A stretch of 64,000 nucleotides of DNA from Theionarchaea archaeon (GTDB taxonomy: Archaea; Methanobacteriota_B; Thermococci; Methanofastidiosales; SZ-28-30). This document shows, piece by piece, positions 58,940 through 64,000 of the stretch. The position numbers and the translations under genes are program-made. Below the pieces are notes generated by a model. That model worked only from the letters and a program-made list of their open reading frames with translations. It made no database searches and was not told the origin of the DNA. The stretch spans positions 1 to 64,000 of the forward strand of contig JACVGT010000008.1 of the NCBI GenBank assembly GCA_018992685.1. The letters run 5' to 3'. Each line of letters begins with the position of its first letter. The stretch's first letter is position 1.

Positions 58940-60201
58940 AATAAGGATTCACCTCTCAGAACGTTCAGGAGATCCACAACAGAATAAGAAGCACGGGTGA
59001 TGCCCATGCTCTTCTTGACTGTATCAGTTCCCACAACATAGAGATCAGGGATAGGAGTTGTAATAGGGGGAAAGGGAACAGTGGTCCAGGCAGCCTTGTC
59101 TGGCTGCAGCACCTGGGTATGGATCATGTCGATAGAGATATCAGGAATCATCTCCTCAACGGCTTGTAAGGCCTTCTTTTCGATATTGTCCTCATAGGGG
59201 AAGGCAAATCCAAGAAGCTGATGTCCCTCAGGGGACAGACCCGGGTCATAGAGAGATGTTGGGACCACCCAGCAGGGAGGGTCTGTATCTACCCAGATCT
59301 CAGACCCTGCTCTTTCAATAACGGTGTCAGGTGTTCCCACCCACACAGCGAATGCTGTGGTTGTCTCCAGCTGCGACACTGTGGCCCTGTATTCAGGGGG
59401 CACGTCTGTGATCCTGGGGAGGTCCTTCACCATACCGGAATACACTACAAGATCATAAGGATATTCGTGTTCTTCAGTGGATACCACATGCTGGCCTACA
59501 TCAATGTGGGTTGACTCCTCTCTGATAACTGTTCCCGTGAAGCTTTTCAGTACACAGTCGGTGAGAGATTGGATTCCCCCCACAGGATAGAACTGATCCT
59601 GCCTGGTGTTCTGTCCCAGCAGGCTCAGCGCTTTCTTCACCATGTTACCGTCACCATCTTTGTACTTCTGGGAATCCCAGAACCGTGAAATTGGGACCTC
59701 CTGGGGAGATACACCAGCCAGAAAGTGACACAGTGCAGCCACCAACCTTCCAGTACTGGGAGACAGATCATATCGATTGGTGAATTGTTCCACAGAGAGA
59801 GACTTGTCGGGGAGCAGAATGCCATCCACGATACATCGAATCAGAGTGATGCGCTCTCGTGGTGGGACGGTATCAAAAGTGAGGAAATCCTTGAGGGCCC
59901 ATGGGAACCTGCCACGTGCTCCATTCATTCGCAGGGAATAGTCACCATGGGGGACAAATGTGGGTTCACAGGTGAAATATCTGTCCATCAAGGAGCGAAG
60001 AGGACCTGAGATGAGGCGAGTCAGAATATGGGGTCCTGTATCCACAATATACGTTCCTGAATCACCTTCCACGGGGTACGATCTCACCACATTACCTATT
60101 TCTCCTCTTTCCAGCACTGTAACCTTCTTTCCTTCTCTTTGAAGGGCAAGTCCCGTTAGAAGGCCGCTTATTCCTCCTCCAATGACAGTGACCCGGTTCA
60201 C
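58936..60201 (-). CDS. FAD-dependent oxidoreductase (phytoene desaturase / amine oxidase-like)
   Basis: VIGGGISGL, VDTGPH, YPVGG, SLYDPGLSPEG, LYVVG. Confidence 0.85.
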   Translation of the reverse strand: MNRVTVIGGGISGLLTGLALQREGKKVTVLERGEIGNVVRSYPVEGDSGTYIVDTGPHILTRLISGPLRSLMDRYFTCEPTFVPHGDYSLRMNGARGRFPWALKDFLTFDTVPPRERITLIRCIVDGILLPDKSLSVEQFTNRYDLSPSTGRLVAALCHFLAGVSPQEVPISRFWDSQKYKDGDGNMVKKALSLLGQNTRQDQFYPVGGIQSLTDCVLKSFTGTVIREESTHIDVGQHVVSTEEHEYPYDLVVYSGMVKDLPRITDVPPEYRATVSQLETTTAFAVWVGTPDTVIERAGSEIWVDTDPPCWVVPTSLYDPGLSPEGHQLLGFAFPYEDNIEKKALQAVEEMIPDISIDMIHTQVLQPDKAAWTTVPFPPITTPIPDLYVVGTDTVKKSMGITRASYSVVDLLNVLRGESLL

Positions 60202-60312
60202 GTGAGTCTTGCTATCAAAAGACATATAAAAGGTTTGTGTGTTCACTGATACCCAGCCAGAGGAGAGAGTAATGTATTTAAATGACGGAAATGTAGAGGA
60301 TCGGTGATAAGA

Positions 60313-60486
60313 ATGGAACCTATTGTAACGCTCGTCGGGATCTTCGTGATCATTCTAGGCATAGCTGCTCTTTTTCTTCCAGCAATTGCCAGATTCATTA
60401 ACTTTCCTGGAAATGAGAAGGTCAAATCTATTGGAGTGATTGTCGTAGGAGTTATCATGGTGCTCCTGGGATATTTCTATCTTTGA
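60313..60486 (+). CDS. Small two-TM membrane protein
   Basis: Two hydrophobic helices; TATA TTTAAA upstream. Confidence 0.65.
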   Translation: MEPIVTLVGIFVIILGIAALFLPAIARFINFPGNEKVKSIGVIVVGVIMVLLGYFYL

Positions 60487-60491
60487 TTCTT

Positions 60492-61136
60492 TCAGTTTCT
60501 TTTTTCAATATTGAGAGCCTTTCGAACCGCTTCTGCATGTATTTTTCCTGCTTCGTGAATGGAGCCCCTGGGACCTGACGATGATTGACAGTAGTACTGA
60601 GAGAGAAGTCCTGCTTTTTGGCACGCTTCTTCTGCAGGCACTCCCACCAGGTTCTTAGCAACAAAATCTGCATCCCCACATCGAGTATGGCACACGACAG
60701 TAACCTGAGTTATGACATCATCGTGGACGGTAATGGAGAAGGAAGGTGCTCCAAACTCCTGCCGGAACTCCTGGATGACTGAATTCTTTGAAGGGGGGAT
60801 CACACAGCAGGGCTTCAGAACCCCCACCAGGAGAGAGTTAATCTCATGGTAGCCCGGAGGCAGGGGTGCTTTGCTGTACGGCATCAGCAGGACGCTCCTT
60901 TTTGACTTCAGAAGATCAATGACAGCCAGGTTGATATCAGGGTGAAGGGCATACGAGAGGACGAGATCACAGTCACAGAACACTGGTAGCTCTACAGCAT
61001 CGTTCTCCATCAAAGGAGGAAGGTTCTCACTGATATCCCAGGTTTGGGCGAGTAGGTTCTTCTTCCCATGCGTCACGAGCGTCTCCTTCACCACTTTACC
61101 AAGGTTCCCCCTGGTAATCAGGCATACCCTGTTCAT
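60492..61136 (-). CDS. DUF166 family protein
   Basis: HPD, PCC, FG.P, V....CG...FVA..L, C......IH.AG.IH. Confidence 0.75.
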   Translation of the reverse strand: MNRVCLITRGNLGKVVKETLVTHGKKNLLAQTWDISENLPPLMENDAVELPVFCDCDLVLSYALHPDINLAVIDLLKSKRSVLLMPYSKAPLPPGYHEINSLLVGVLKPCCVIPPSKNSVIQEFRQEFGAPSFSITVHDDVITQVTVVCHTRCGDADFVAKNLVGVPAEEACQKAGLLSQYYCQSSSGPRGSIHEAGKIHAEAVRKALNIEKRN

Positions 61137-61255
61137 TACCGATATATTCAGCCATCACCTTAAATGACTTTCTGAAAAAATGGAAGAAAGCCGCATTGAA
61201 AATTCCGCCAACGATGCATTGCAAGTAAAATGTGTAAATCCTTAACAAACTCAAG

Positions 61256-61269
61256 CGAAAACTATATAA
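61256..61269 (+). promoter_or_regulatory. BRE plus TATA box with no downstream CDS
   Basis: CGAAAA-C-TATATAA. Confidence 0.55.
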
Positions 61270-61291
61270 GGGGAAACATTTATGTAAGTCT

Positions 61292-61380
61292 GCCCAAGAC
61301 AGTACCTCAGTCTCTCATCCGTATCGGGGTCGTGCCGGAAGGTGGAGGAAAGCCTTTATTACGACCCCCATTTCTTTTTT
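61292..61380 (+). ncRNA. Candidate small non-coding RNA of about 85 nt
   Basis: Lies about 23 nt after the TATA; perfect 8-bp stem GGGGTCGT/ACGACCCC with an inner AAGGT/GCCTT helix; followed by TTTCTTTTTT. Confidence 0.45.
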
Positions 61381-61452
61381 GTGATTGGTTTATAAGCGTG
61401 TGATCATGATGGTCAGCTACCTACAAGGGGACGTTCTTGTATGCCTCTGCAG

Positions 61453-62325
61453 TTATTCTTGTAAACTTCTTCTGTTGAATATCCAGAATAGAATCACTGC
61501 TCCTGCCAGCAAGACCAGCACCACAATGAGGGGGGACATGGGGTACGTATTTTGTTTTTCTTCAGTAGGTGTTCCTTGATTTTCTGCTGCTTCTTCTGCT
61601 TTCCCTTCTACCGGTTCTCGGCCCCCTTCAACTTCTCCTTCCTGAGCAAATCCAGTCAAAGGGACGAAGCGCACATCGCTGATGTGACTGGTAAACATCT
61701 CACCATTTCGCTTTTCAACAAGGGTAAGAGCCTGGTAGTAGAGTGGGTTGCCCAGAGGGAGGATCAGCCTGCCCCCCTCCTTGAGCTGGCTCACCAGAGG
61801 AGGAGGAATGTGGTCCACAGCAGCCGTGATTATCACAGCATCATATGGGCCGTTTTCTTCCCATCCAAAGTATCCATCTGCATTCCTGACACTGACATTA
61901 CGATACCCCAGCTCACTCAGAACAGTTTCAGCTCTCTGGGCCAGCTCAGGGATGATTTCAATCGTGTACACGTGGTGGACGATTTCTGCAAGCACAGCGG
62001 CCTGGTACCCGGAACCCGTACCCACCTCCAGGACGGTCTCATCCCCTTTAAGCTGCAGAGAAGAGGTCATGAGAGCCACAATATAGGGCTGAGATATGGT
62101 CTGTCCATATCCGATAGGAAGTGGATAGTCGGCATACGCCTGACTTCGGAGATCTTCCGGCACAAACTGGTGACGGGGCACTGTTATCATGGCGCTGATC
62201 GTCCTGGAATCAGTGATTCCCCGAGAGAGGATCTGTCTCTCCACCATGTCATGTCTCTGCTCCGTATACCCATCTGCGGCCATCAATACTAAGAAAGTAA
62301 GTACGATCCCGAGAACGACTTTCAT
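61453..62325 (-). CDS. pcm: Protein-L-isoaspartate O-methyltransferase with N-terminal signal and C-terminal TM
   Basis: [52 protein letters not shown]. Confidence 0.92.
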   Translation of the reverse strand: MKVVLGIVLTFLVLMAADGYTEQRHDMVERQILSRGITDSRTISAMITVPRHQFVPEDLRSQAYADYPLPIGYGQTISQPYIVALMTSSLQLKGDETVLEVGTGSGYQAAVLAEIVHHVYTIEIIPELAQRAETVLSELGYRNVSVRNADGYFGWEENGPYDAVIITAAVDHIPPPLVSQLKEGGRLILPLGNPLYYQALTLVEKRNGEMFTSHISDVRFVPLTGFAQEGEVEGGREPVEGKAEEAAENQGTPTEEKQNTYPMSPLIVVLVLLAGAVILFWIFNRRSLQE

Positions 62326-62510
62326 GTATAGATATAGGAAGAGACGTCTAAAAAGGATTTGGATAGTTGCCGGTGTGAGACCCTCTCCAGAACATGGATG
62401 GTGAAGGACATCGTACCAGTCATATCTCAAGGAGTGGAGATGACCACCTGTGGATGAGAAGGTAAAGAGCTCATGAGGTGTTTTCTCCTTCTGTCATCAA
62501 CTGAGCCCTC

Positions 62511-63623
62511 CTAGGATTGCTTGATGGCCTCAACCACAGCATCTCCTACCTGTGAGCATCGAGCTTCTCCTCCCAGGTCGTACGTGAGTGGTTTTCCCCT
62601 TTGAAGAACAGAGCCCACAGCCTTCTCCACAGCCCCTGCAGCCTCTTTCGCCCTGTCATCAGACTTCTTCTCGCCCAAATAAGAGAGCATCATCTGAACT
62701 GAAAGAATACTGGCTATAGGGTTTGCTTTGTCTTGACCCGCATACTTGGGAGCAGAGCCATGAACAGGCTCAAACATGGCATGGCTGTCACCAATATTGG
62801 CAGAAGCAGCCATTCCCATTCCCCCCTGTAGTACTGATGCCAGATCTGTGGCAATGTCTCCCAGCATATTAGAAGTAACAGCGACATCATAAAATTCCGG
62901 GTTCCGAATAATCCACTGAGTGAAAGCGTCGATGTATGAATAATCCCTCTCTACAGGGTATGTAGGAGCGATCTCATCATAGACCTGTCTGAAGAGCTGA
63001 CATCCATTCATGACATTGCTCTTGTCCACACAGGTCACCCGTCGCTTCCCATCTTTGGGCGCCCCTTTTCGGTTCATGCACAATTTAAATGCAAATCGGA
63101 TAACTCTTTCACAGCCCTTTCTGGTGATAATCCTGGAATCCACCGCCAGCTCTGTTATTCCTCCTCTCTTCAAGAATCCCCTGGTAGGAGTGTAGCAGCC
63201 CTCAGTGTTCTCTCTGACAATAACAAAGTCAACACTCTCTGGCTTCCAGACCTGCCTGAACTCGTTGCAGATTCTGTGCCTGACACCCGGATAGAGTTTC
63301 GTGGGCCTCACATTCGCATACAGATCCAGCCCGAACCGAAGACCAAAAACAACTCCAGCTCCCGCCAGGTTTCCATCAGGAAGGGTTGCACCAGGCCATC
63401 CGATGGCTCCCAGTACAACGGCATCAGCCTTTTTACAATCTTCAAAGGCCTCATCAGCGCATTCTTTCCCCGTCTCAAGATAGTATTGACCGCCACAAGA
63501 ATATGATTCACAGTGAAAAGAAATCCCATAATGATCAGAAACTGCTTCCAGAACCTTCCTTCCTTCACGGGTGACCTCACGGCCCACGCCATCTCCTGGC
63601 AAAAAAATGATGCGGTAACTCAT
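62511..63623 (-). CDS. Isocitrate/isopropylmalate/tartrate dehydrogenase family protein
   Basis: PGDGVG.EV, LYANVRP, RENTEG, VDKSNV, N..GDI..DL, FEPVHGSAP, ANP. Confidence 0.93.
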   Translation of the reverse strand: MSYRIIFLPGDGVGREVTREGRKVLEAVSDHYGISFHCESYSCGGQYYLETGKECADEAFEDCKKADAVVLGAIGWPGATLPDGNLAGAGVVFGLRFGLDLYANVRPTKLYPGVRHRICNEFRQVWKPESVDFVIVRENTEGCYTPTRGFLKRGGITELAVDSRIITRKGCERVIRFAFKLCMNRKGAPKDGKRRVTCVDKSNVMNGCQLFRQVYDEIAPTYPVERDYSYIDAFTQWIIRNPEFYDVAVTSNMLGDIATDLASVLQGGMGMAASANIGDSHAMFEPVHGSAPKYAGQDKANPIASILSVQMMLSYLGEKKSDDRAKEAAGAVEKAVGSVLQRGKPLTYDLGGEARCSQVGDAVVEAIKQS

Positions 63624-63770
63624 GGTTAATATATGGGAGATGCCTTTTTAATGTATGCGGTCATGGCACCCTACCATCAGGATGTCTTTTCTCTTTTTCC
63701 CGCGGGCTGTGCTCTCCTCTGACAATCCATAACTCACTGTCCCTGCTGGCATTCCTGCTGACACACAGAG

Positions 63771-64000
63771 TTACTCAAAGAACCTGTTCAACCGATAGTC
63801 CACCTGCAGTATCTCCAATTCTCTCTCCAGCAGAGAGAGCTGTTTCTTGTCCAGAACAGCGGGATTCAGAGGGATGATCAACGTTGCCCTGCTAAGGATG
63901 ATCCGGTCATTCAATGATTGCAGAAATTTCAGAGTGCTCTCAAACGAGTTCTGGAGGGCTATGTACTCTATTCCATCAAGCAGAATCACTGCTTTCTCAT
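63771..64000 (-). CDS. DUF835 domain protein (C-terminal part; runs off the window)
   Basis: ILLDGIEYI...NSFES.LKFL..L.D...L..LERE. Confidence 0.8.
   Translation of the reverse strand, partial: EKAVILLDGIEYIALQNSFESTLKFLQSLNDRIILSRATLIIPLNPAVLDKKQLSLLERELEILQVDYRLNRFFE

Noticed and set aside
61326-61368. GCCGGAAGG resembling the SRP RNA helix 8 tetraloop, or an H/ACA RNA
   Set aside because: It lacks the CAGG/AGCA internal loop and the roughly 300-nt body of archaeal SRP RNA, and has no ACA box, K-turn or pseudouridylation pocket
1-64000. Selenocysteine/pyrrolysine read-through, transposases, prophage or defence islands
   Set aside because: I found no in-frame TGA/TAG interrupting a recognisable domain, and no transposase, integrase, capsid or cas motifs by eye

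Overview
Gene-dense archaeal chromosomal segment of moderate GC. Archaeal identity rests on an archaeal-type GluRS, RNase HII, PINA ATPase, geranylgeranyl reductase plus ferredoxin, DGGGP synthase, Sec11-type signal peptidases, an intron-containing tRNA with a bulge-helix-bulge motif, and TATA boxes about 25 nt upstream of many apparently leaderless starts. An anaerobic euryarchaeote such as Theionarchaea is my guess, not a result. The window has about 60 CDS, mostly housekeeping and metabolic: sucC, citrate lyase citDEF, PrpD, a RACo-type corrinoid activator, and a SpoIIM-RDD-DUF4129-DUF4350-MoxR-DUF58 cluster. I saw no CRISPR array, rRNA or intact transposase. The most notable observation is a tRNA-Arg(CCT) whose 63-nt intron has a complete box C/D guide-RNA layout; its guides do not match the host tRNA, and one is predicted to target 23S rRNA helix 69. 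Other highlights are a DxDD-containing class II terpene-cyclase-like gene preceded by a 17-aa micro-ORF with a strong SD, a probably nuclease-dead LAGLIDADG-derived DNA-binding protein, a secreted protein built from four copies of a roughly 100-aa repeat, a signal-peptide and TM-anchored PIMT, and an orphan promoter-hairpin-oligo(T) ncRNA candidate. All family assignments come from motif recognition by eye; no database searches were run.
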